From assembly GCA_963758525.1 (NCBI GenBank), contig CAVWVQ010000003.1, positions 3,520,001-3,584,000 of the forward strand: 64,000 nucleotides of DNA, written 5' to 3'. The number at the start of each line of letters is the position of its first letter. Within the stretch, counting starts at the first letter, position 1. The notes under the pieces were generated by a model, which had not been told where the DNA came from, did not search any database, and saw nothing but the letters and a program-made list of their open reading frames with translations. The position numbers were made by a program, and so were the translations under genes. Source of the DNA: an uncultured Phycisphaerales bacterium (lineage in GTDB: Bacteria; Planctomycetota; Phycisphaerae; Tepidisphaerales; Tepidisphaeraceae). Below, piece after piece: positions 22,269 to 32,929 of this stretch.

Positions 22269-24819
22269 ATGCCATTGCGCCGCGCGCTGTCCCTGCAAGG
22301 TGTTCTGCTTTGCTTTTCCGCTCTCTTGACCACCTGGGCTTCCGCTCAAAGGAGTCCGGAGCAGACGGTCGCCGGGCTGAAAACGCCCAGCGACCTGGAA
22401 CTGAAGCTCTGGGCGAGTGAGCCGTTCGTGCAGAAGCCGACGAGCATGGACATCGACGCCCGGGGCCGAATCTGGATCTGCGAGGGGACGAACTATCGTC
22501 GCGTCCACTACAGCCCCGATGGCGACAAGATCATGATCCTGGAGGATTCGCGCCACACCGGCGTCTGCGACAGCTATAAGGTCTTCGTCCAGGACAAGCG
22601 GCTCAACGCACCGCTGGGAATCTGCGTGCTGGGCGACAAAGTCATCGTCGCGATGTCGCCCGATGTTCTCATCTACACCATCGACTCAACGGACGATCAT
22701 CCCGTGGGTCCGCCGGAGGTGCTCTTCACCGGATTTGAAGGGGCCAATCATGACCACGCGGTCCACAAGGCGGTATTCGGGCCCGATGGACGCCTCTATT
22801 TCAACAGTGGCAATGAAGGCACCAAGGGATACATCCAGCACGACGGCAAGCCCGTCGTCGACCGTCATGGAAGCGAAATCGGGCTTCACTCCAAGGTCTT
22901 TCGCGGACATACCAAAGCGCCGGGCGAAACCGGATATCAGGACGGCCTGGCATTCAGTTGCAATCTCGACGGGTCCGACTTTGAAGTCGTCGGCGAGAAC
23001 TTCCGGAACAATTATGAACTGTGCGTCGACTCTTTCGGAACGGTCTGGCAAAGCGACAATGACGACGACGGCAACCAGGGAACGCGAATCAATTACGTGA
23101 TGGAAGGGGGAAACTTCGGCTACAAAGGACCGACGGGCACGAGCTGGGACCGCGATATTCCCGTTTTCCCCGGCCAGACCAAGCAGGAAGGGGAATGGCA
23201 CCAGCGCTGGCCCGGGATCGTGCCAAATTTGTTGAATACCGGCGCTGTGCGCGCCGACCGGCATCGTCTGTTATGAAGGCGACCTTCTCCCCTCGATCTA
23301 CCACAATGCGCTGATCGGCGCGGACGCGGGTCGCAATGTCATCCGGGCCTATCTCATCTCCCCAAGTCTTGAAGTTCCCGTGGGAATCTTCAATCCGGTA
23401 ACGCCGGATGCCAAGCCCGACGAAGCCGCGGCCCATCCCGGCGCCGGTTACACCGCCAGCGCAATCGATGTGGTAAAGCTCGGCGACAACGGCGATCGCT
23501 GGTTCCGACCATCTGATATCGCGGTGGCCCCCGATGGTTCGCTCTACATCGCCGACTGGTACGACCCGGGCGTGGGCGGACATGCCACCGGAGACACCAA
23601 AGGCCATCTTCACGGCCGCGTCTATCGCCTTGCGCCCTCCGGTTTTGTGCCACCGCGGATCGATGGGGATGGCTCCACCATTCCCGGGCAGATCGCCGCG
23701 CTCTGTTCCCCCAACACGGCAACGAGGTTTCTGGGGTACACCTCCCTGCTGAAAGGCGGAGAGACCGCCGTTCCGGCACTGCGGGAACTCTATCGTTCGC
23801 CAAATCCGCGGTTGCGCACGGGCGCTATGGCTGCTGGCACGAACGCATGACGGACCTGAATTCGTCCGCACCGTGTCGAAAGACGCCGACTCGGACATCC
23901 GCGTCACTGCAATTAGAGCCGCGCGAGCCATCAAGATGGACATGATTGCCTTTGCGGATGCAATGATGACCGACTCATCCCCTGCCGTTTGGCGCGAGCT
24001 GTGCCTTGCGATGAGTTTCGAGCCGACGGACAAGGCCGTGCCGATGCTCGTCAAGCTGGCGGGAAAATACGATGGCCAGGACCGCTGGTATCTCGAAGCC
24101 TTCGGCATCGGCTGCACGGGACGTGAGAAACAGGTGCTTGCCGCCTGGCAGCAGGATAATCCCAACGCCGACAGCAAAATCGCCCGTGGTATCGTCTGGC
24201 GGCTAAATAAGGTGCCGACGCCCAATGAAGTTCCCGAAGTGGTCAAGAGCGGGGAAATCGTCTCGCGCCGCACGTTCCCACGACCCCCCCGCCGCCGGCC
24301 GCATTCACGCTCTCTTCCACCGCCGATCCGAACAAGGTGTTCAAAAGCAAGGACGGGAATACCCTTCCGTCCATTGAGAAGCTGATGGCGATGAAGGGAA
24401 ATGCCGAGCGCGGCGCTGCCGTCTTCCGAAACACCAGCGGCGCAAACTGCATCCATTGCCATCAGATCGGCAATGAAGGCAACATGATCGGGCCGCCGCT
24501 GACTGCCGTCGGCGCCAAACTCAACAAAGGTCAGCTCTACGAAGCGATTCTCTATCCGAGCGCTTCGATTCTGATGCACTACGAGTCGTGGGTCGTTCAG
24601 ACAAAGAGCGGCGACGTGATTAACGGTCTGCTGGTGGGAGAGACCAACGATCACGTAACGATCAAGGACACGGATGGCAAATTCCACGACATCAAACTGG
24701 ATAACATCGAAAAGAAGGTGATGCAGAAAGTCTCACTGATGCCCGAAGGCCTCAGCGAAACCATGACGGCGAAGGACCTGGTGAATCTCGTGGAGTATCT
24801 TTCCGAGCAACGGCCCTGA
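22269..24819 (+). CDS. PVC-type membrane-bound dehydrogenase with C-terminal heme c domain (about 3 frameshifts)
   Basis: LWASEP..KPTSMDIDARGRIWICE, NFRNNYE, WFRPSDIAVAPDGSLYIADWYD, CIHCH and SLMPEGL. Confidence 0.85.
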
Positions 24820-24897
24820 ACTCGAAATGACGCTGCGCCGAATTACGCGTTTAGCGGCCGCCCGGAGGGCCGCGATGCATCGGCGCGACTCAACGGA

Positions 24898-25623
24898 TCA
24901 CTTCGCCGCCCGAGTGGTCGGCGGCGCGTCCAGATCGCTGGATTCCTTCGCCATGATCAGCAGATCGCGCACGAGGTTTCGCTGAGTCTGCTGCTGCGGC
25001 GACAGATGCTTTCCTTCGGCCAGCAGATTCAGCCCGTTGACGATGTCGCCGGAATTCTTGATGTAATCGGCGTGAATCTGATTCACGAACCCGGAAGTTT
25101 CGGTGCCGTACACGACGGCCAGGGCTCCGAGCATTCCGCGGAAGCGATCTTCGTCGCTCTTCCCCGCGCCGGCTTGATTCGCGGTCTGCTGTGCCTGCGC
25201 CAGCCCGTTCTTCATCGATTCGTACAGCCGGTCCTCCACCTGCGGCATTTCCGAATCCAGCGTGCTGCGGACCTGCGTGCGAAACGCGTCTTCCATGTGC
25301 TCGGGGACGGCGTGAAGCTGCTTCTCGCCTTCATCGACCACGTGCGGGGCGTTGGCCTCCAGTGAATCCTGAAGCTGCACGCTCGCCGACGGCAGGTAAT
25401 CCTCGATGTACTTTTGCGCAACGCTCGCGACCAGCTGCGGCGTGACTTCATTGGCGAAACGCCCGTGCGCATAATACAGCCAGTATCCGATGAGCAGCGT
25501 GCTGATCGTGCCGAAGATGATCGTCAACGTGTTTCGACGGTGCGAGGATCGCGTGATGGCCGCGATCTTCCGGTCGAGGGCGTCGAGCTTTGCGGAAGTT
25601 GCCGCGTTCGGGTCGAGAGTCAT
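24898..25623 (-). CDS. Hypothetical single-TM helical protein
   Basis: 241-aa ORF with one TM helix then coiled-coil-like region; GGAG upstream. Confidence 0.75.
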   Translation of the reverse strand: MTLDPNAATSAKLDALDRKIAAITRSSHRRNTLTIIFGTISTLLIGYWLYYAHGRFANEVTPQLVASVAQKYIEDYLPSASVQLQDSLEANAPHVVDEGEKQLHAVPEHMEDAFRTQVRSTLDSEMPQVEDRLYESMKNGLAQAQQTANQAGAGKSDEDRFRGMLGALAVVYGTETSGFVNQIHADYIKNSGDIVNGLNLLAEGKHLSPQQQTQRNLVRDLLIMAKESSDLDAPPTTRAAK

Positions 25624-25685
25624 TGTGAATCTCCAGACAATTGAATGTTGCGCGAAATGACTGACTTCAAAGCGGTGCCAGGGAA

Positions 25686-26521
25686 TCAGTTGCCAGACGA
25701 ACTCCCAGGCGCGGGCTTGGCCAACACAGTCAGCGCCGAATCCGGGGCGTCAGGTCCGACGGCAGCGCGGCCGGGAGGGCCGAGCGTTGAAAGGTCCACG
25801 CTCACGTCTCCGTCCATGATGACGTCCACCAGCGCGTGCAGAAATTCACGCTGCCGAGCCGACGCGCTCATTTTTCCCACGTCGCCGGGAATGTCGAACT
25901 TGTCGAGAACCGTGCGGGTGGACTCCTGTTCCTTGACGTAAATATCCGTCACATGCTGCGCGACCTGCTCGTTCTGCGCATCAATGAGCTTCTGGAACTC
26001 CGACTTCATGATTTCCGTTTTGCGCTCGTCGGAGAGCGACGGATAGGTGCCCTTGATATCGGGCGCAAGGCGCGTCATCGCCTTGGCGAACGCGGCGTCG
26101 AGCCGGTCGCGCATCTCCGCACCGTTCTCTTCCGGAAGCTTCTCCAGCCGCCCCATCGCGTCCTTGGCGACGGCCGGGCCCGCGACCTGAAACCGCTTCA
26201 GCGCCTGTTCGCGGTAGACGGGCAACGCGTGCTGCGCAACGCGCACCAGTTGATCGCGCAATTCCGGAGTGATGTCCGGAAGGCGGTCTGCGATCGCCTT
26301 CTGCACGCTCTGATCGTCGAAATTTTCCTCGACGTGACGCCGGGTCATGAACGCAAACGCGGCAAACTCGGCGGCGACCACCAGCAGAATGATCAGGGAA
26401 AAGCGCCGCGAGCTGGCCTGAATCCGGTCCAGGTCCGCGATCCGCTGCTCGATTCTCGAGACCTTGGAATCCAGACCCGGCAGCGATTCGGCGCCGACCC
26501 GGTGGAAGTGGAATCACTCAT
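25686..26521 (-). CDS. Hypothetical single-TM helical protein (frameshift near 26480)
   Basis: GGAGG RBS, MSDSTSTG..|..RIEQRIADLDRIQASSRRFSLIILLVVAAEF; architecture like downstream gene. Confidence 0.65.
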
Positions 26522-26821
26522 CGATTTGCCTCCGTCCGTTGCTCCGCACTTTGAACTGATTGGGCCCGCCGCACCCCGCCGTGCCCGCATTTTCATCTGC
26601 CCGCCGAGTTCAAAGGGTAACGCCGGAAGTGGCGAAAAAGCAAATTTCCAAGGGGCAATGCGCGGTTCAAACCCTTCGTGGCTACGGGCAAATCACATGA
26701 CGGACTTGTTGAATTTTCCCGAGTTTTCCGCTACCATACAATTACCTAACAATCTCTGAGTATACGGCTGGAGATTTTCGAGTTGGGCGGCCGATAACGA
26801 TGGAGCGCGGAGGCCAACAGT

Positions 26822-28917
26822 ATGACCAGGATTGCAAACGCGGTAATGGAAAAATCACCAAAAAGCGGCCGGACTCGCGAGACGGCCGAGTCGATGGCGG
26901 GGAAGCAGAAGGACATCGCGGTCTCGGAGTTTTTCGCGAAGAACCGCCATTTGCTGGGATTCGATAATCCGCGCAAGGCGCTGCTGACCACCGTGAAGGA
27001 GGCAGTCGACAACTCGCTGGATGCCTGCGAGGAAGCCGGCGTTTTGCCGAACCTCGCGATTGTCATTGAAGACCTCTTGCCCGATCGGCCCGCCGCCGCC
27101 AAGTCGTCGCGCTACCGCGTAACGGTGGTGGACAACGGGCCAGGCATTGTTCGCAAACAGGTGGAAAACGTTTTCGGACGGTTGCTGTTCGGAAGCAAGT
27201 TTCACCGTCTCAAGATGAGCCGCGGGCAACAGGGCATCGGCATCAGTGCCGCGGGCATGTACGGGTTGATCACCACGGGCAAGCCGATGGTCATTCACAC
27301 CCGTCCCAGCGCCAGGAAGGATGCCCATCACATCGAACTGGCGATGAACACCAAGACCAATCGGGCGGAGGTGACCGTCGATCGGGAAACTGACGACTTT
27401 CCGCCGCAGCGTCTGAAGACCATCAACGCCGGAACGCGCGATCCGGGTTTCCTCAACTCCGAAGACTTCATCACCGGCACCAGCGTCAGCATCGAACTCG
27501 AAGGGCTCTACCGAAAGGGACGCGGCTCCGTCGACGAGTTTCTCGAGCTGACTGCCATCGCCAATCCGCACGCGCGCATCATGTTCGTTCCCCCGACTCG
27601 CGTGATGGCCGAGGAGCAGGACGAACTGCCGATGCCCGTCGTCAAGAGCGCGACTCCCGCCGAGCCGGCCCCGACCGCGGCGCCGCCGCCGGCCCCGACC
27701 GAGGAGGTGGCCGACATCGATACCACGCTCACGACCGTCGAGCAGGATGGCGTAATCCTCTTCCCGCGCGGGACCGATCAGCTTCCTCCCGAGACGCGCG
27801 AGATTCAGCCGCATCCCAAGGGCATCGAGCTGGGCATTCTGATTCAGATGATGCGCGACTTCGAGGCCGCCAATCGCGGCGGAGGGACGCTCTATAATTT
27901 TGTGCAGGAACAGTTCTGCCGGGTCAGTCCCGCGACCGCCAGCAAGTTTTGCGCGGATGCCGCGCGCATAGCCGGACCAAGGTCGGTGATCTTTCACCGC
28001 AGCAGATCGAAAAACTTTACGCATCGTTCCAATCGACGCGTTTGGCTCCCCCGCCGACCGACTGCCTCGCGCCGATCGGTGTGCGGCAACTTCTTGCCGG
28101 CATGCTCAAGGGAGTGAAAGCCGAGTTCTACGCCGCCAGCAGCCGCGAGGCGGATGTCTATCGCGGCCGACCGTTCCAGATCGAGGCGGCCATCGCGTTT
28201 GGCGGCGAACTGCCGGCCGACGACAGCGCGCGGGTGATTCGCTTCGCCAATCGCGTCCCGCTGCTGTTTCAACAGAGCGCCTGCAGCAGCATGAAAGCCG
28301 TCATCGAAACCGGCTGGCGCAACTACAACCTCTCGCAGCCGCGCGGCAGTCTTCCGGTCGGCGCCCTGGTCGTCATGATTCACATGGCCAGCGTCTGGGT
28401 CCCGTTCACCAGCGAGAGCAAGGAAGCGATTGCCGACTACGACGAGATTCGCAAGGAGATGAAGCTCGCCCTGATGGAATGCGGCCGCAAGCTCGGTTCG
28501 TATCTCCGCAAGATGCAGAAGATGAAGCGTGAAGCCGATCGACGCGACGTATTCGGGCGCTACATCGGCGAAATCAGCAAGGCGGTCCACGCAATTAATG
28601 GGACCGACGCCAAGAAGCTCTACGACAAGTTGCAGGCCGAAGCCCGAAAACGTACGGCGATCGCCGACGCCGAGTTGGATCAGGAAGGCAAAGTCATCAA
28701 GAAGGATGAGGCCGAAGATCTGAAAAACGATGACGGGGTGGTCATGGTGCCGACGCGCGCCGTTCACCTGGCGAACCCGTCGGCCGCTGCTTCTGCATCG
28801 GCGACCGCAGCTGCGGACGCAGCGATCGCAGACACCGACAGCGATGTCGTCAAGCTCCCGAGCGGTCGCAAAAAGGCGCCCAATCGGCGCTCCAATGACC
28901 AGGGACAGTTGTTCTAA
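26822..28917 (+). CDS. top6B: DNA topoisomerase VI subunit B (frameshift near 27960)
   Basis: VSEFFAKNRHLLGF, KEAVDNSLDACEE, DNGPGI, GSKFH..SRGQQGIGIS, RFANRVPLL and VPFTSESKEAI. Confidence 0.95.
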
Positions 28918-28940
28918 CTCCGCGATCCGGGATTCAAGCC

Positions 28941-30104
28941 ATGGCAAAAAAGAAAAGCAACAGTGCCGCTGTCGATCGCGTTAATAAGCGCATTCGCGAG
29001 CGCGATAAAACCACGCTGAAGAAGATCGTCGGTCTGGCCGACGATGTGGCGACTTCGGCATTCAGGGGCGGCGACATTTCCATCGCCATTCCCCAGCGCA
29101 CCCGCTCCAATACCCTCTGGAACAAGAAGCAGCGCATCCTTCAGATGGGGGATGCCAAGGCCAAGCGCGAGCTGTTTAACCTGAACCAGGCGAAGCAGTT
29201 CATGCAGACTTGCCTGCACGGCAATTCCGTGAAGGAGCTGATCGAGGCGGAAAAATCACTGAGCCTCCGCGGCATGTTTTACAAAGGGTTGCATGACATC
29301 CTCGATGAAGCCGGCAAGAAGGTCGGCGAGAAGACCTTCGCGGGGCAGGATGAGTCCGATGGAATCCTTGAAGATCTCGAGGTTTCGCTATCCTCGCTAC
29401 GAGAAGAGCTGCACATCTTCGCCGAGAATAAAGGATCGATGGTAGGGAACATCACCATCGTCGATAAGGGCGACGAAATTGATTGCCGGCGGATGGGCAG
29501 CGGCGGATATGCCATCCCCAGTATTACCGAAGGGGACGTCATCGAGTTCAAGAAGATCGACGCCGACTTTGTGCTGCACGTCGAAAAGGGAACCGTCTGG
29601 AACCGCTTTAACGAGGACCGATTCTGGGAGAAAAATAACTGCATCCTCACGCACGGCGGCGGCCAGCCGCCGCGCGGCGTGCGACGATTGCTGCAACGCT
29701 TCAGCCGCGAGGCGAAGCTTCCAATCATCTGCCTGCTCGACTGCGATCCATGGGGACACTACATCTACAGCGTCATCAAGCAGGGTTCGATCAGCCTCGC
29801 ATTTGAGAGCGAGCGCCTTGCCATTCCCGACGCCAAGTTCCTCGGGATTCGCGCGAAGGATTATCAGGAATGCGACTTGAGTGATGACGTGCAAATCGAG
29901 CTGAACGACAACGACAAAAAACGAGCCGGCGAAATCGCCGCCTACCCGTGGTTCAAGGATCACAAGGGCTGGCAGCGGGAGATCGACAAGATGCTCACTA
30001 ACGGCTTCAAGATGGAAGTCGAGTCGCTGATCACCAAAGACATCAGCTACGTCACCGAAGAATACGTCCCCGAACGTCTGAAAAAGCGCGACTGGCTGGA
30101 CTGA
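28941..30104 (+). CDS. top6A: DNA topoisomerase VI subunit A (Spo11-like)
   Basis: SLRGMFY (catalytic Tyr), QDESD, VEKG, GGGQPPRGVRR and DCDPWG Toprim motifs. Confidence 0.95.
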   Translation: MAKKKSNSAAVDRVNKRIRERDKTTLKKIVGLADDVATSAFRGGDISIAIPQRTRSNTLWNKKQRILQMGDAKAKRELFNLNQAKQFMQTCLHGNSVKELIEAEKSLSLRGMFYKGLHDILDEAGKKVGEKTFAGQDESDGILEDLEVSLSSLREELHIFAENKGSMVGNITIVDKGDEIDCRRMGSGGYAIPSITEGDVIEFKKIDADFVLHVEKGTVWNRFNEDRFWEKNNCILTHGGGQPPRGVRRLLQRFSREAKLPIICLLDCDPWGHYIYSVIKQGSISLAFESERLAIPDAKFLGIRAKDYQECDLSDDVQIELNDNDKKRAGEIAAYPWFKDHKGWQREIDKMLTNGFKMEVESLITKDISYVTEEYVPERLKKRDWLD

Positions 30105-30110
30105 GCGCCA

Positions 30111-30119
30111 TGCTATAAT
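30111..30119 (+). promoter_or_regulatory. Extended -10 (TGcTATAAT), leaderless start of Uma2 gene
   Basis: TATAAT ends 7 nt before ATG 30127. Confidence 0.65.
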
Positions 30120-30126
30120 CCGCTCG

Positions 30127-30774
30127 ATGTCCACCACTGCTATCACGATCCCTGACTTTGATGTCCATCTGCGGCTGCACGATGTTTCCTGGGAGGCATA
30201 CGAGCAGTTGCTGGCGGACCTCGACGCAGAGCATCGTCGGCTGCGGCTTACCTACGACGAGGGGGAGCTTGAAATGATGTCGCCTGCCGATCCCCGTGAG
30301 CGGTGGAAAGGCCGAATAGGCCGGCTGATCGAATTAATGGCCTTTGAGCTTCGAATTGAAGTTGAGAGCCTGGGGGCCACGACATTTCGAAAACGGGCGA
30401 GACGCAAGGGCCTGGAGCCGGACGAGTGCTACTATGTCCAGAACGTAGTTAAAGTGCGGGACGGAAAGCTGCTCGATCTCAACATCCATCCCGCGCCGGA
30501 CTTGGCGATCGAAGTTGATTACACCAATTCGTCGCTGCCTCGCGAGCCGGTCTATGCGGGACTGGGAATACCGGAACTTTGGCGTTTTGATGGTGAAAGG
30601 CTCACGGTTCGCCGGCTTGGCGACGACGGGCGGTACCATGATGCACGCGAGAGTGCCGCTTTCCCGTTCCTTCCAATGAGGGAATTTGCGGCGTTTCTCC
30701 AGCGACTTGACAGGGAAAGCTCAATGGCAGTGCTGCTTGAGTTCCGCGACTGGGCGCGATCGCTGAAGCTTTGA
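30127..30774 (+). CDS. Uma2 family (PD-(D/E)XK) endonuclease-like protein
   Basis: VSWEAYE, RLTYDEGELEMMSP, KGLEPDECYY, PDLAIEVD and LGIPELWRFDG. Confidence 0.93.
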   Translation: MSTTAITIPDFDVHLRLHDVSWEAYEQLLADLDAEHRRLRLTYDEGELEMMSPADPRERWKGRIGRLIELMAFELRIEVESLGATTFRKRARRKGLEPDECYYVQNVVKVRDGKLLDLNIHPAPDLAIEVDYTNSSLPREPVYAGLGIPELWRFDGERLTVRRLGDDGRYHDARESAAFPFLPMREFAAFLQRLDRESSMAVLLEFRDWARSLKL

Positions 30775-31056
30775 GCTGTTAACGTATTTTCAGCAAACAA
30801 ATGGGCCACCCCCGCGAGGAGGTGGCCCGGTGTTTTTTCGAACTGTCGCCCGCCGCGTCGCTATAGGTCCGTTGCAACAGAATTAACGGTTCGATCGATC
30901 CATGGTAGGGCGGGATTCATCCCGCCGCAGCTTGCGAGGCGGCGGGATGAATCCCGCCCTACACACTTTGAGCTTTTAGCGTGTTTTCGGCAAACAAATG
31001 GGCCACCCCGCGAGGGGGTGGCCCGGTGTTTTGTCGGACTATCGCCCGCATCGCTA
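30770..31056. repeat. About 92-bp direct repeat (terminator-like hairpin) flanking a GTAG REP doublet at 30905-30962
   Basis: aaacaaatgggccacccc..ggtggcccggtgtttt occurs twice; GTAGGGCGGGATTCATCCCGCC/GGCGGGATGAATCCCGCCCTAC lies between. Confidence 0.85.
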
Positions 31057-31485
31057 CTCTTTTTCCACAAGCGTCGAAACCGGCTGTCTTCCCGCCGCGC
31101 CCGCGTCCAGTTCATGCCAGTAGGCGATGGTCGGCTCCCCGAGCCTCCAGCACAGGCAGACGTCCCGGCCGCGATGTCTGCCGGTGAAGTCGATCAGCCC
31201 CTGTTCGTAATCCTTCAGATCGCAGCCGATTTCGGTCAGCTCATCGACATAATCTTCCAGAAGGCTCATCGCGCCCTCCAGATCGCGCTGCAGTGCCGGC
31301 TGATCCTTGGCCGACGTTCCTTCCAGCGATGCCTGCATCCTCGCAGCCCGGTCATGCGTGCTGACAATGTCTTTCACAACGCGCGCGACCAACGGGAGCG
31401 TGCTGATTGCCTGCTGCAGTGTAAAGTGCCGACGCGGACGCGAGGGCTTGACGGACTTGGGGGTGAAGAACTGAGGACCCGCCAT
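31054..31485 (-). CDS. DUF2203 family protein
   Basis: FTLQQAISTLPLV...GCDLKDYEQGLIDF...VCLCWRLGEPTIAYWHELDAGAAGRQPV. Confidence 0.9.
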   Translation of the reverse strand: MAGPQFFTPKSVKPSRPRRHFTLQQAISTLPLVARVVKDIVSTHDRAARMQASLEGTSAKDQPALQRDLEGAMSLLEDYVDELTEIGCDLKDYEQGLIDFTGRHRGRDVCLCWRLGEPTIAYWHELDAGAAGRQPVSTLVEKE

Positions 31486-31800
31486 AAACTTACCGCCTTT
31501 CTGGGCGACGCATGGAGCGCCGAATCGAAGCGCGAACGGAACAAGCCGATTATGCCATCACTGCGAAATCAGTCAATCCATGCGTCAGATTTTGAGCGGC
31601 AAATTACGTGCCTTTTTTGAAATGTGCTGCAAAGAGCCCACTGAGCATGTGGGATATGCCGAAAATGCAGGCAGAACCGCCGGATGGCAGCGGAGCCGCG
31701 CGGACAACTCCAGCGCGCGGTGTGCCGCGGCTGATTGGATTCTGCGACATAAGCAGCGCATGCAGTCGCGCAACTTTATCGCGGAACCGACACGCAACGT

Positions 31801-32849
31801 TCAGCCAGGACGTGCTGTCTGGAGAGAGTGATCCGCCGCCCCCGGCTCTTTGATGGCTTCGAGCAGCTTCTCCACCACCTGATCGGCCCCGATTCCCTCC
31901 GCGTCCGCGTTAAAATTGGTGAACAGACGATGCCGCAGCACCGGCTTGGCCACCGCCCGCACGTCGTCGCAACCGACGTTCAGCCGCCCGTTGAGAATCG
32001 CGATCGCCTTGGCGCCCAGAACGAGGTGCTGCGCCGCCCGGGGCCCCGCGCCCACGTCAGCCAGTCGTTCACGAACGAAGGTGTATGCTTCTCTTTGGGA
32101 CGCGTCGCCCTCACCAGGTTCACCGCGTAGTCCACCACATGATCGCTGACCGGCAACTTGCGCAGGATCTTCTGGACGTGCAGAATGTCTGAGGCGGACA
32201 GAACCGCTTGCGGCGCGGCCTCCAGGTCCATCGTCGTCGCCCGGACAATCGCGCGCTCCTCGGGCTGGCTGGGGTAGCCGATGTTCACCATAAACATGAA
32301 CCGATCGAGTTGCGCCTCCGGAAGCGGGTAGGTTCCCTCCTGCTCGATGGGATTCTGCGTCGCAAGAACGAAGAACGGCAGATCGATCGGGTACGTTCGT
32401 CCGCCGGCGGTAACGTGGTACTCCTGCATCGCCTGCAAGAGAGCCGCCTGCGTTTTTGGCGGCGTGCGATTGATTTCGTCGGCCAGAATCAGATTGGAAA
32501 ACACCGGACCTTTGACAAATCGAAATGACCGCTTCCCGGTGGTTTGATCTTCTTCCAGAACATCGGTCCCGGTGATGTCGGCGGGCATCAGATCGGGCGT
32601 AAACTGGATGCGGTTGAACTCGAGCTGCAGCACCTTGGCCAGCGTGCTGATCAGAAGCGTCTTCGCCAGGCCGGGAACTCCGACCAGCAGGCAATGTCCG
32701 CGTGCGAAAATCGCGGCAAGCAGCAGTTCGATCACCGCTTCCTGCCCAATGATGACTTTGTGCAGTTCCTTGTGAAGGCGATCCTTCACGGCGCTGAACT
32801 TTTCAATGAATGTCGATTCGCCCGCCTCGGACGCCGATAGAGTCTGCAT
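31801..32849 (-). CDS. moxR: MoxR-family AAA+ ATPase (frameshift near 32055)
   Basis: GVPGLAKT, RIQFTPDLMPADITG, LADEINR and ATQNPIEQEGTYPLPEAQLDRF. Confidence 0.93.
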
Positions 32850-32887
32850 CAGGTTGCCGTTCTCGTCGAAAGAGTTCCGATCGCGAC

Positions 32888-32925
32888 TTCAAATTTCAAA
32901 TTTCAAGTATTTCAAATTTCAAATC
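32888..32925. repeat. (TTTCAAA)n heptamer repeat
   Basis: ttcaaatttcaaatttcaagtatttcaaatttcaaat. Confidence 0.8.
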
Positions 32926-32929
32926 GATC

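Noticed and set aside
23089..24687. Long antisense ORFs (also 7435-8784, 33482-34831, 55474-57006)
   Set aside because: Opposite well-supported genes and lacking recognisable motifs
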